Shown here: positions 19,747 through 29,103 of the stretch, piece by piece | Layout: each line of letters opens with the position of its first letter | How positions within the stretch are numbered: the stretch's first letter is position 1 | Assembly (NCBI GenBank): GCA_963665665.1 | Contig: OY762428.1 | Location: 5,344,001-5,408,000 of the forward strand | Length of the DNA stretch: 64,000 bases | Source: Candidatus Kapaibacterium sp. | GTDB lineage: Bacteria; Bacteroidota; Ignavibacteria; Kapaibacteriales; UBA2268 | Direction: 5' to 3' | The notes under the pieces: generated by a model | Told to the model about the DNA's origin: nothing | The model's input: only the letters and a program-made list of their open reading frames with translations | Database searches by the model: none | Made by a program: the position numbers and the translations under genes

Positions 19747-21189
19747 ATGAAAAAAATTGCAATCATATTACTTCTGATCCTGATTATTAAATCAGATATG
19801 TTTTCCCGCATTCCCATGGAATTGGATAAATCTGTTAATGAGAGGATTATTCAACTGCTAAATGAAGCGGATAAGCTTGTTGATATAACCCCTGATATAG
19901 CATTTTCCCTGGCAAACAGCTCCCTTAGCCTGTCTATTGGCCTGGACGACGAACTTGGAGCCGGATATTCGGAATTAATTATTGGCAGATATTACATGAA
20001 ATCTTCCTCCGATTATTCTGATGCCATAAAATATCTTGAAAAGGGCATGGAAAGATTCAATAAAATTGCTAATCCTAAAGCTATTGTTACAGCTAATCTT
20101 TATATAGCAGATTTTTATAAAAATATTAACGATAAATATAAGTTTTTCAATTATATTCAGGAAAGCCTTGAGATTGCCGGGAGCAACAACCTGAATAATT
20201 ATCTTCTTTATTCCTATAAGGAATTAATTAAATACTATAAAAACAATGGAAAAAAGCAGAAGGCTAATGATTATCTTGATAAATCAAGTGATTTGATTCT
20301 TAAAAATATTAACTATCCCGCTATTGCTTCCCAGGCTCATTTCTTTGCTGAAGAGTTTTATAAAAATTCGGAATATGATAAATCCTTAAAAATATTATTA
20401 CCGCTGATTAATATGGATATTGAAAATTCTGATATCGAATCAGAAATCAAAAATACTTTTCTGGCCTCCAAAGCTTTTCGTAAAAATGGAAAAATCAAAA
20501 AGGCAGATGAGTTTTTTAAAAATATCCTGAACAAAATTTACCTTTGTAAAGATCATTTTCTTTCAGCTTCAATTTATGCCTATCAGGCAAAACTGGACGA
20601 GAAAAAAAATCAAAATGTAGCAATAGAAAACTATCACAAAGCACTGGAACTGTTTCTTAGCGCCGAGGACAAAAGAAAAGCAATAGAAATACTCGAAATA
20701 TTAACATCTATTTCAATAAAATTGAAAGATAATGCTGCTGCAAATAAATATCTCGCACGAATCTCGGAATTAAGCTCCAAATTGAACAAAAACAAACCGG
20801 ATTATGAATTCTTACACACCAGTGGTTCATTGATTGATATGAAATCAAAACTGGCCAAGAAACAACAAAAAATTAAGGACATAAAAGCTCAGAAGGATTT
20901 ATTGATGACAACTGCCCTGGTAATTTTTGTAATTTTCGGAATTATTGCCGCGTTCCTGCTGGTAAAAATTCAAAAACAATTAAAAATACGATCCGGCCAG
21001 ATAGAGGATGCAGAAGCCCGAAAAAATGAAATATACAACTTGCTTGCCGTAGATATTAAAAATGTACTTTTTTCCTTCTCTGTTGAAATGTCTGAAATGA
21101 ATAACGGTAAAAATGAAAACCTTAATAAAACATATTCAAAATTTATTAAAAAATTTAACACTCTGCTTAGCGAATTCAAGGATATTTAG
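19747..21189 (+). CDS. TPR-repeat membrane sensor-like protein with a truncated, His-less kinase-like tail
   Basis: Signal peptide, TPR-like helices, coiled coil, one TM segment (ALVIFVIFGIIAAFLL), then KNEIYNLLAVDIKNVL resembling an H-box; no HATPase domain. Confidence 0.7.
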   Translation: MKKIAIILLLILIIKSDMFSRIPMELDKSVNERIIQLLNEADKLVDITPDIAFSLANSSLSLSIGLDDELGAGYSELIIGRYYMKSSSDYSDAIKYLEKGMERFNKIANPKAIVTANLYIADFYKNINDKYKFFNYIQESLEIAGSNNLNNYLLYSYKELIKYYKNNGKKQKANDYLDKSSDLILKNINYPAIASQAHFFAEEFYKNSEYDKSLKILLPLINMDIENSDIESEIKNTFLASKAFRKNGKIKKADEFFKNILNKIYLCKDHFLSASIYAYQAKLDEKKNQNVAIENYHKALELFLSAEDKRKAIEILEILTSISIKLKDNAAANKYLARISELSSKLNKNKPDYEFLHTSGSLIDMKSKLAKKQQKIKDIKAQKDLLMTTALVIFVIFGIIAAFLLVKIQKQLKIRSGQIEDAEARKNEIYNLLAVDIKNVLFSFSVEMSEMNNGKNENLNKTYSKFIKKFNTLLSEFKDI

Positions 21190-21191
21190 TT

Positions 21192-21845
21192 GTGAACGAA
21201 ACCCATATTATTCTGATTGATCTTTTCTTTCTGCTGATTTTAATATCGGTTATTTCTGGTATTTACATTATTTCAAGTACAACTTTATTTATCCGTGATG
21301 GCAATGATAACGACAACATCATTAATATGCCTTTCAGCCTTTCTAAATTTGTATCTTTTACTTGGATTATGACCTACGTTCTGGCTTTGATCTATTCTTT
21401 TATTCATAATCCTTTTATTGATAACAGTATGAATCAGATTGCAACTTCTAATATATATCTTCTGGCTATTAATGTTATAAGTTTGTTGGCTTCGAATTTT
21501 GAAAGAAAAAAAAGTGAAGCGTCACATGAAAACATTAATAACCAATCTTCCGGATTTCTTTATGATATCACATGTTCAGATAATGGATTTTGTATAGATA
21601 AGATACAGTATATAATTATAAATTTGTGGGTTTACTTTCATTTTGTTTATTCCGTATTCTCTTTGAAGTGGCTTCCGCAGATTAGTAACATTGAAATACT
21701 CATTCTTTTACTATCCACATCATTATACTTCTTTATGAATTTTATTCATTATTTCAAATCAATGATGTCATTTCGTAATAAAAAGAATGTGGTAAAAGTA
21801 AAAAAGAAGCCATTCTTTCAGTCGAAAAGAAGAGGTTTTTATTAA
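21192..21845 (+). CDS. Multi-pass membrane protein of unknown function
   Basis: About 5 hydrophobic segments; FSLSKF...TW and FLYDI...DNG..IDKIQ motifs; GTG start 2 bp after the upstream stop. Confidence 0.7.
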   Translation: MNETHIILIDLFFLLILISVISGIYIISSTTLFIRDGNDNDNIINMPFSLSKFVSFTWIMTYVLALIYSFIHNPFIDNSMNQIATSNIYLLAINVISLLASNFERKKSEASHENINNQSSGFLYDITCSDNGFCIDKIQYIIINLWVYFHFVYSVFSLKWLPQISNIEILILLLSTSLYFFMNFIHYFKSMMSFRNKKNVVKVKKKPFFQSKRRGFY

Positions 21846-21899
21846 AAAATTTCGTTTTACCCTTCGCGTGGCTATTCAATTTACTCCAAACCGAAGCAT

Positions 21900-21981
21900 A
21901 GCAAATGCAACACCGAAGTCTGCCTATCCATACTACCTGACCGCTCTCTAAAGTTTCGGTGAAGCATTTGCTTCTTTTTTT
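21900..21981 (+). terminator. Long hairpin plus T-tract (terminator or REP-like element)
   Basis: AGCAAATGC..CACCGAA pairs with TTCGGTG..GCATTTGCT around a ~37-nt loop, followed by TCTTTTTTT. Confidence 0.5.
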
Positions 21982-22032
21982 AACTAAGTAATTATTATCT
22001 TTGTATTATTAAAATCGAAAGTAATAAATATT

Positions 22033-23646
22033 ATGAGTGGTATTCCTATGTTCAATAAACAAATTATTATAATTTTAATAATGGTTATTTTTTCTTTCTC
22101 AAATTTAATTTCAGAAGAAATGGAAGCAGACAGTAATTCTGTTAATATTGATTTTCAGGGTCAGAAATTCGTGTTCATGCTCAAAGCTATTCAAAAGTAT
22201 TATCCTGATTCAGTTGATATTGAAGAACTCTGTACCAAAACATTTAAGTACATGGCAAAAGAAATTGATAAATATTCAGCTTATTACAGCAAAAACGAAA
22301 GAACAAGGAAGAAAGCCAAGGACAAAGGGGAAGCAATAGGTATAGGTGTAAATTTATTACCTTTGAGTGATACTGTTACCGTGATCTATGTTATTGAAGG
22401 CTCACCGGCTGATTCTGTTGGTATTCTCCCGGGAGATAAGATTATTTCCATCGACCAAAAGACTTCGAAAGGATTAAACCAGCAGGAAGCCCTGGATATG
22501 ATGAAAGGTGATTTAGGATCGGTTGTGGAAATTGAAATACACCGCGGATACGAACCGGAAACACGTTTATTTAAAATAAAAAGAAAAAGATATCCCCTTT
22601 CCAGTGTAAGTGCTTCGTTTATTATTCCAGGAACTGATATCGCTTATATTAATTTTAACCGGTTTTCGAAGGCTTCCGATACTGAGTTCAGGGAAGAAAT
22701 CGAAAAATTCAAGAAGAGGGGGTTTAAAAAAATAATTCTTGATTTAAGATCAAATCTTGGTGGTTATTTAAGTGTTGCAACAAAAATGATTGATGAATTT
22801 TTACCGCCTGATAAAATGATTTCATATACTAAGGCACGTTCAGATGTTTTTAATTTTGAATATAAATCTACAGAAAATCATTCCTGTTTGGATATTCCTC
22901 TGATAATTCTTATCAATTCCAGATCTGCTTCTGCTACCGAAGCTATGGCAGGTGCAGTGCAGGATTTCGACCGTGGTATTGTGGTCGGGGAAAGATCTTA
23001 TGGTAAGGGATCGGCACAAAAAATCTGGGACATGAAGGATGGTTCGGCATTTAAGATGACAATCGCAAAATATATGACACCTTCCGGCAGATGTATAGAG
23101 AAAGAAACTTCTACATCTGAAATTGACAACCCAATAGGGGATGATAACAAAAGAAAAAGGATCAGCGATGTAATGGCTGCATTTGGCGGAAAAAGCAAAC
23201 TTCCGGTATTTAAAACTGAAAAAGGACGAACAGTTTTTGGCGGTGGCGGTATCATCCCCGATTATATCGTTCCTAAAGATTCAACCACAAAGCTATCTTC
23301 TGTATTAATTTCTAAAGGGATTATCTTCGAATTTGTATACTCCCTTCTTTATACTAACCGTGACGCTATCATCAGTCAGTATGAAAATTCTATTGATAAA
23401 TTTGTGTTGAATTTTAAAATAAATGATAATGTTTTAACTGCTTTGAAAAGGTTTTCCGTTTCAAAAAATATCTGGAACGAAGACATGTTTGAATATGACA
23501 AAGAGTACATCAGGCATATAATAAAAGCTACAATTGCTGAAGCAATCTGGAAGAAAAACGGCTACAAAGCAGTAATGATTAATTATGACAACTATGTAGC
23601 CAAAGCAATTGAAGTAATGCCAAAAGCTGAAAAAATGAAAAATTAA
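22033..23646 (+). CDS. S41 family carboxyl-terminal processing protease (PDZ + peptidase)
   Basis: GIGV...GSPA...GILPGDKI (PDZ); LDLRSNLGG, SASATE, GERSYGKGS, AKYMTPSGRCI, GGIIPD. Confidence 0.95.
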   Translation: MSGIPMFNKQIIIILIMVIFSFSNLISEEMEADSNSVNIDFQGQKFVFMLKAIQKYYPDSVDIEELCTKTFKYMAKEIDKYSAYYSKNERTRKKAKDKGEAIGIGVNLLPLSDTVTVIYVIEGSPADSVGILPGDKIISIDQKTSKGLNQQEALDMMKGDLGSVVEIEIHRGYEPETRLFKIKRKRYPLSSVSASFIIPGTDIAYINFNRFSKASDTEFREEIEKFKKRGFKKIILDLRSNLGGYLSVATKMIDEFLPPDKMISYTKARSDVFNFEYKSTENHSCLDIPLIILINSRSASATEAMAGAVQDFDRGIVVGERSYGKGSAQKIWDMKDGSAFKMTIAKYMTPSGRCIEKETSTSEIDNPIGDDNKRKRISDVMAAFGGKSKLPVFKTEKGRTVFGGGGIIPDYIVPKDSTTKLSSVLISKGIIFEFVYSLLYTNRDAIISQYENSIDKFVLNFKINDNVLTALKRFSVSKNIWNEDMFEYDKEYIRHIIKATIAEAIWKKNGYKAVMINYDNYVAKAIEVMPKAEKMKN

Positions 23647-24599
23647 GTTTTCGGTATAAATGCGATTAAAATAATATCAGTATCGGGTACTTTTTCAAAA
23701 TAGAATTCGTATTCCAATACTGTCTGGTTTTCTGAGTCCGGTAGTGTGTAATCAGCAAAACCTGCATTTTGTGAAGATAGCATTTCAATAATTTCTTTTA
23801 TATACTCTTTACCGTTAGTATCAGTAGCAGAATTTAAGTTAATACCGATAATATCAAGATTATAATTGTTTGCAATACAGACAGCTTCCTTGTTAATTGC
23901 CAACACATAGCCATTCTCATAATCAAATTGATTCACCATAAAAAATGCCCGAATAAATTTATATCTGACATCGCATGAATCTAAGATGTTTGAAAAGACA
24001 CCATTGAAACCACCTGAAACCGAATGAACAAGGTTTTGAATTAGCAATTGACGGCAATTCAATCCGCTGACACCAATACTATTTCTCTCGTTATAAAATC
24101 CAGATCCGATAAAATAATCCCAGCCATTTTTGAATTTTGAAACAAACCCTGTTTTAATTTCATCTTTACCGGTTGCAGGATTGGTAAAATAAAACTCAAC
24201 GAAGCCCGCTCCGCTTTTATTGATTGAATCAAGCATTTCCCTGACATAGTAATTTCCTTTTGTATCCTGCACATCAATCCGGGAACTTCCAACAAGTTCA
24301 TCCTTGAACCCATGAGCAACCATAACTGCATCCAGAGTCTCAACGTAAAAATATCCGGATGAATCTTCGAAAAATCTGGAGTTGCTGACATAAGCGCGAA
24401 AGATTTCCTCCTTATCAAACTCATCAAGTTCGGAATAACTCAAAATATTTGAAAATCCATTAGCTGTAAATTGAACCGTATTTTTTACAATATCCCGTTC
24501 ACAGTCTGTATTAATTTCTGCTGGAGTTGTGCCGTTATCATCAGGACAAGCTGTTAAAAACAATGACGAGAGAATTAGAACACTGAACCAAAACTTCAT
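23643..24599 (-). CDS. Lipoprotein with two Cache domains and no output domain
   Basis: Lipobox LTAC; domain 1 GYFYV...AHG...DTKGNYYVREM...GFVEFYF...IGSGFY; domain 2 GYVLA...DTNGKEYIKEI...GFADY. Confidence 0.8.
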   Translation of the reverse strand: MKFWFSVLILSSLFLTACPDDNGTTPAEINTDCERDIVKNTVQFTANGFSNILSYSELDEFDKEEIFRAYVSNSRFFEDSSGYFYVETLDAVMVAHGFKDELVGSSRIDVQDTKGNYYVREMLDSINKSGAGFVEFYFTNPATGKDEIKTGFVSKFKNGWDYFIGSGFYNERNSIGVSGLNCRQLLIQNLVHSVSGGFNGVFSNILDSCDVRYKFIRAFFMVNQFDYENGYVLAINKEAVCIANNYNLDIIGINLNSATDTNGKEYIKEIIEMLSSQNAGFADYTLPDSENQTVLEYEFYFEKVPDTDIILIAFIPKT

Positions 24600-24660
24600 T
24601 ATTTCCTCAAAATTATATTATACAATTTGCAATAATAAGAATTATCTCAGTAATAAAAAA

Positions 24661-24688
24661 AACCTTCCTGCATATTTACAGGAAGGTT
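24661..24688 (-). terminator. Intrinsic terminator after the aldehyde dehydrogenase gene
   Basis: AACCTTCCTG / CAGGAAGGTT stem with a T-run on the minus strand. Confidence 0.75.
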
Positions 24689-24710
24689 GTGTAGAATTTT
24701 TAATTTTGTC

Positions 24711-26090
24711 TTATACGATACAGACAGTTTTGATATTTACAAATTCCTGGATTCCGTAAAGCCCCAGTTCACGTCCATATCCTGAACCATTTATTCCTCC
24801 AAACGGCAGCCTCGGGTCTGATTTCACAAACTCATTTACTGCGCAGGAACCTGCTTCAAGTTCCTCAAGAGCAATACGATTTCCGCGCTCGCCATCAGCG
24901 GTAAAGACAGCCGCTCCAAGGCCAAATTCAGTATCATTTGCAATATGTATAGCATCCGTTTCATCTTTGGCCCTGATAAAAACAGCAACCGGCCCGAATA
25001 GTTCCTCGTCGAAAGCAGGCATACCTTTGCAAACATTTTCAAGGGCAGTTGGAAGATAATAATAACCTTCCCTATCAGGAATTATTCCTCCAGTCAGAAG
25101 TTTGGCCCCCATTCCAATACTCTTTTCAACCTGGGCATGTAGGCCGTCCCTGAGGTCTTTCCTTGCCATGGGCCCCATGTTAAATTCATCATCCAGGGGA
25201 TTACCGGGTTTGTATTTTTTTATTTCCTCCATGCAGGCCCTGACGAAATCATCATATATTTCGTCAACAGCAATAAGTCTTTTTGCAGCAATACATGTCT
25301 GGCCGGCATTGCCCATTCTTGATGCAATACAAGCTTCAGCAGCTTTATCAATATCTGCATCTTCAAGTATAATATAAGGGTCGCTACCGCCAAGTTCCAG
25401 AACAGATTTTTTGAGCACCTGCCCGGCAGCCTCAGCAACTTTAATGCCTGCACCTGTACTACCAGTAAGAGTAACACCCTTTATAAGCGGATGGTGGATA
25501 ATTTCGGGAGTACGAGCAGGAACATTTTCAGGAGAAATAAGAATATTTGTAAATACATTTCCGGGATACCCGGCTTCTTTGAATATTTTCTCTATATGAA
25601 TGGAACAACCGCTTGTACCGGGAGCATGTTTCAGCATAACAGTATTACCAGCCATCAAATAAGGCGCTGCAAACCTGAATACCTGCCAGAAAGGAAAATT
25701 CCAGGGCATAATAGCCAGAACAGGGCCAATAGGCCGGAAACTGACATAGGACCTTTTCTTCTCGGTTTTAATATCTAAATCTTTTAGCTGGTTTTCAGCA
25801 TTTTCGGCGTAATATCTGCAAACCCAGGCAGACTTTTCAATTTCTGCTTTTCCCTGTGCGGTAGGCTTACCCATTTCATCAGCCATCAATCTTGCAAATT
25901 TATCTTTACCTGCAATTAAAATATCTGCTACTTTCAAAAGCAAATTTGCTCTTTGGCTAAAATTCGTCTTTTTCCATTCCTGATATGCCTGATCTGACTT
26001 TTCAATTTTTGAAAAAATTTCTTCCCTGCTGTCCTCTTCATATTCAGCCAGTAAATATCCGTTTTTAGGATCAATTGTTCTGATTTTCAT
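24711..26090 (-). CDS. NAD(P)-dependent succinate-semialdehyde dehydrogenase (Sad/GabD1-like)
   Basis: IMPWNFPFWQVFRFAAP, LTGS, LELGGSDP, NAGQTCIAAKR, EELFGPV, PFGGINGSGYGREL. Confidence 0.92.
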   Translation of the reverse strand: MKIRTIDPKNGYLLAEYEEDSREEIFSKIEKSDQAYQEWKKTNFSQRANLLLKVADILIAGKDKFARLMADEMGKPTAQGKAEIEKSAWVCRYYAENAENQLKDLDIKTEKKRSYVSFRPIGPVLAIMPWNFPFWQVFRFAAPYLMAGNTVMLKHAPGTSGCSIHIEKIFKEAGYPGNVFTNILISPENVPARTPEIIHHPLIKGVTLTGSTGAGIKVAEAAGQVLKKSVLELGGSDPYIILEDADIDKAAEACIASRMGNAGQTCIAAKRLIAVDEIYDDFVRACMEEIKKYKPGNPLDDEFNMGPMARKDLRDGLHAQVEKSIGMGAKLLTGGIIPDREGYYYLPTALENVCKGMPAFDEELFGPVAVFIRAKDETDAIHIANDTEFGLGAAVFTADGERGNRIALEELEAGSCAVNEFVKSDPRLPFGGINGSGYGRELGLYGIQEFVNIKTVCIV

Positions 26091-26129
26091 ATCTCACCTT
26101 TGCCAAATAGCCAATGAACGATAAACGAA

Positions 26130-26150
26130 AGGCCCGGTAAAACCGGGCCT
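26130..26150 (-). terminator. Hairpin between megL and the aldehyde dehydrogenase gene
   Basis: AGGCCCGGT-AAA-ACCGGGCCT followed by TTCGTTT on the minus strand. Confidence 0.6.
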
Positions 26151-26159
26151 GAACAAAAA

Positions 26160-27347
26160 TTATTTAATCATATCCAGCCCTTTTTCAAGGCCTGCGATTA
26201 TTTCATCAACATCTTCGATACCAACGGAAATCCTTACAAGGCCGTCAGTAATTCCAGCCTGTTCGCGAAGTTCTTTTGTAACACCTGCGTGAGTCATTGA
26301 TGCAGGATGCTGAATCAGTGATTCAACACCGCCAAGGCTTACTGCAAGCTGGAACATTTCAACATTGTTCATAAGTGTTTTGCCAGCATCCAAACCGCCT
26401 TTGAGGCCGAAAGATATCATGCCGCCGGCACCGTACATTTGTTTTTTACCTATCTCATACTGAGGATGGCTTTCAAATCCGGGGAACCTGATCCATTCAA
26501 CTTTAGGATGATTTTTCAGGAACTCGGCAACTTTAATTGTATTCTCACAATGGCGTTCAATTCTGAGTTTCAATGTTTTAATTCCGCGATGCACAAGGAA
26601 AGAATTGAATGGGTCAATAACTCCGCCAATCAGATTCAATGTTTTGCGGAAATGAGCGTATTCTTCTTCTTCTTTAACAATAACCATACCTGCAACAACA
26701 TCAGCATGGCCGTTAAGGAATTTTGTCATTGAGTGCATAACGTAGTCAGCGCCATGCCTGAATGGTTTCTGAAGAATCGGGCTCATGAATGTATTGTCAA
26801 CAGCCATCTTTGCACCGTTTTCGTGAGCGATATCTGCAATTGCCTGCAAATCAGACATAACAAGTGTCGGATTGCCTGGTGTTTCAACAAAGATAAGCTT
26901 TGTGTTTGGTTTCACTGCTGCTTTAACAGCATCAAGGTCAGATGTATCAACAAATGAAACTTCCACACCAAATTTTGTATATACTGTTGATAATATTGTT
27001 GTTGTAGGGCCATATACAGATTCACTGCAAATCACATGGTCACCTGCAGAAAGAACAGCAGCCATGATAAGATTTACAGCAGCCATACCGCTACCGCAAC
27101 CAAGAGCTTTAGCTCCTCCTTCAAGCGCTGCAACTGCTGCTTCGCACCCTTCAACGGTCGGGTTCTGCATACGGGTATATATATAACCTTTTTCCTCTCC
27201 CTTGAATAGCCTTGCCCCGTGGTCGGCATCTTTAAATTTAAATGTTGATGTCTGATAAATCGGTGTTACTACTGCACCAACTTCATTTTCTTCAATACCG
27301 GCGTGAACACAAAGTGTTTCGTCTTTATAATTACTACCTGCTTTCAT
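26160..27347 (-). CDS. megL: Methionine gamma-lyase / trans-sulfuration PLP enzyme
   Basis: PIYQTSTF, YTRMQNPT, SGMAA, ETPGNP, DNTF, PLP-lysine motif SMTKFLNGHADV, AVSLGGVESLIQHPASMTH. The exact specificity within the Cys/Met PLP family is inferred. Confidence 0.8.
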   Translation of the reverse strand: MKAGSNYKDETLCVHAGIEENEVGAVVTPIYQTSTFKFKDADHGARLFKGEEKGYIYTRMQNPTVEGCEAAVAALEGGAKALGCGSGMAAVNLIMAAVLSAGDHVICSESVYGPTTTILSTVYTKFGVEVSFVDTSDLDAVKAAVKPNTKLIFVETPGNPTLVMSDLQAIADIAHENGAKMAVDNTFMSPILQKPFRHGADYVMHSMTKFLNGHADVVAGMVIVKEEEEYAHFRKTLNLIGGVIDPFNSFLVHRGIKTLKLRIERHCENTIKVAEFLKNHPKVEWIRFPGFESHPQYEIGKKQMYGAGGMISFGLKGGLDAGKTLMNNVEMFQLAVSLGGVESLIQHPASMTHAGVTKELREQAGITDGLVRISVGIEDVDEIIAGLEKGLDMIK

Positions 27348-27576
27348 TATTCCTCCGAACTGGATGTTAATAAATCGTTTAAATAACCCAAATGCGTTAT
27401 AATTAAATGTTGTTTTTTCAAACCTTACAATTTACGTCGTAAATCTCGGTTTTCCAAGTAATCAAGGGGCAAATTTTGAATATTTTTCTGATAGAAACAT
27501 ATTCAAAAAATAATCGTAAATTATAGAATTGAAATGTTAATAATTATAATTTATATTAATAATTATAGGGGCTGAT

Positions 27577-29103
27577 ATGTCAGAATTATCACGACGTAAT
27601 TTTATAAAAAATTGTAGTATAGGATTGGGGGCTGTTATGACTTCCGGATTATGGATGGATAAGTTAAGAGCCGGTAATATTCCAAATGCAGGGCCCGGAT
27701 TTATTCAGGAGCACTTTGGAGTTGCTATTGAAGATATCAGAAAACTATTGGAAATCAGTCTTTCAAAGGGAGGAGAATTTTCCGAATTATATTTTGAATA
27801 CAGGATTTTCAATTCTGTTGGTATGGAAGAAGATATAATTAAAAATTCAACAGAAATGATTAGCAGGGGCGTTGGAGTCAGGGTAATAAAAGGAAAACAG
27901 ACAGGATACGGTTTTACCAATGAACTGACTTTCGACAAAATAAAACAGGCTGCACTTACGGCTGCTTCAATTGCCTCGACCGGTAATAAATCAGGAATTG
28001 CAGATTTTTCTGAAATCAATCCAAAGCACCAGGTTTATAGCTTTTCCAAACCTTTTACAGAGCAAAAAATTGACGCAAAGATAGATCTGATTAAAAGATC
28101 ATATAAAGCTGCTATGGACTATGACAGCAGGATCAAGAAAGTTTCTTCATCTATTGCAGATGAAATTCAATACATTGCTATTGCAAACAGCGAAGGCCTG
28201 CTGGCTTATGATGTCAGGCCTCAGGCAAGGCTGTTCACAATTGCCACCGCCGAAGAAAACGGTATAAAAAATACTGGCGTTTCAAATGCAGGCGGCAGAA
28301 TCGGATACGATTTCTACGTTGGTGAGCATTCACCAGAGGAAATCGGTAAAAAAGCATCCGAGGAAGCAATTATTCTGCTCGGTGCCGAAAACGCACCTGC
28401 AGGCGAGTGGCCTGTTGTTCTAAGCCGCCACCAGTCAGGCGTGATGATCCATGAAGCTGTGGGGCATCCGCTTGAAGCAGACGGAACATGGAAAAAAACC
28501 TCAATCATGTGGGATAAACTCGGGCAGGAAGTAGCCAACCCGATAGTAAGCATTTATGATGATGCCACAATCAACGATTATCGCGGCAGTCTGAATATTG
28601 ACGATGAAGGTATTGTTACCGAATCTGTACCGCTCATCGAGAAAGGCAAGCTGGTTGGATATCTAAATGATAAGCTCAGCGCCAAACTTCTCGGGCACAA
28701 TCCAAACGGACATGGCAGAAGGCAATCCTACAAGTACCCGCCCATACCAAGGATGAACAATACTGTTCTTGCCCAGGGTGAACACAGCCCCGAAGAGATA
28801 ATTGCATCAGTCAAGAAAGGATTTTATGCAGTCAGCTACCAGGGCGGACAGGTTAATGATACCGGCAAGTTCACTTTCTCGGTTAATATGGGTTACCTGA
28901 TTGAAGATGGTAAACTGACCAAGCCTTTGAAAAATGCAACACTGATCGGGTCTAATATTCAAATATTAAAAGAAGTAAGCATGATTGGCAACGATATGGG
29001 ATTCTTCCTCGGAACTTGCGGAAAAGCCGGACAAAGTGTTCCCGTAACAGCAGGAACACCCTCACTTAAAATAAATAAAATGACAGTCGGAGGTGCAGCA
29101 TGA
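27577..29103 (+). CDS. tldD: TldD metalloprotease subunit with a Tat signal peptide
   Basis: HEAVGHPLE zinc motif, DDEG, GHGRRQSY, PRMNNT, C-terminal CGKAGQSVPV; N-terminal SRRNFIK. Confidence 0.93.
   Translation: MSELSRRNFIKNCSIGLGAVMTSGLWMDKLRAGNIPNAGPGFIQEHFGVAIEDIRKLLEISLSKGGEFSELYFEYRIFNSVGMEEDIIKNSTEMISRGVGVRVIKGKQTGYGFTNELTFDKIKQAALTAASIASTGNKSGIADFSEINPKHQVYSFSKPFTEQKIDAKIDLIKRSYKAAMDYDSRIKKVSSSIADEIQYIAIANSEGLLAYDVRPQARLFTIATAEENGIKNTGVSNAGGRIGYDFYVGEHSPEEIGKKASEEAIILLGAENAPAGEWPVVLSRHQSGVMIHEAVGHPLEADGTWKKTSIMWDKLGQEVANPIVSIYDDATINDYRGSLNIDDEGIVTESVPLIEKGKLVGYLNDKLSAKLLGHNPNGHGRRQSYKYPPIPRMNNTVLAQGEHSPEEIIASVKKGFYAVSYQGGQVNDTGKFTFSVNMGYLIEDGKLTKPLKNATLIGSNIQILKEVSMIGNDMGFFLGTCGKAGQSVPVTAGTPSLKINKMTVGGAA

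Noticed and set aside
27348-27576. SAM riboswitch upstream of megL
   Set aside because: AT-rich intergenic region with no recognisable SAM-I or SAM-II core.
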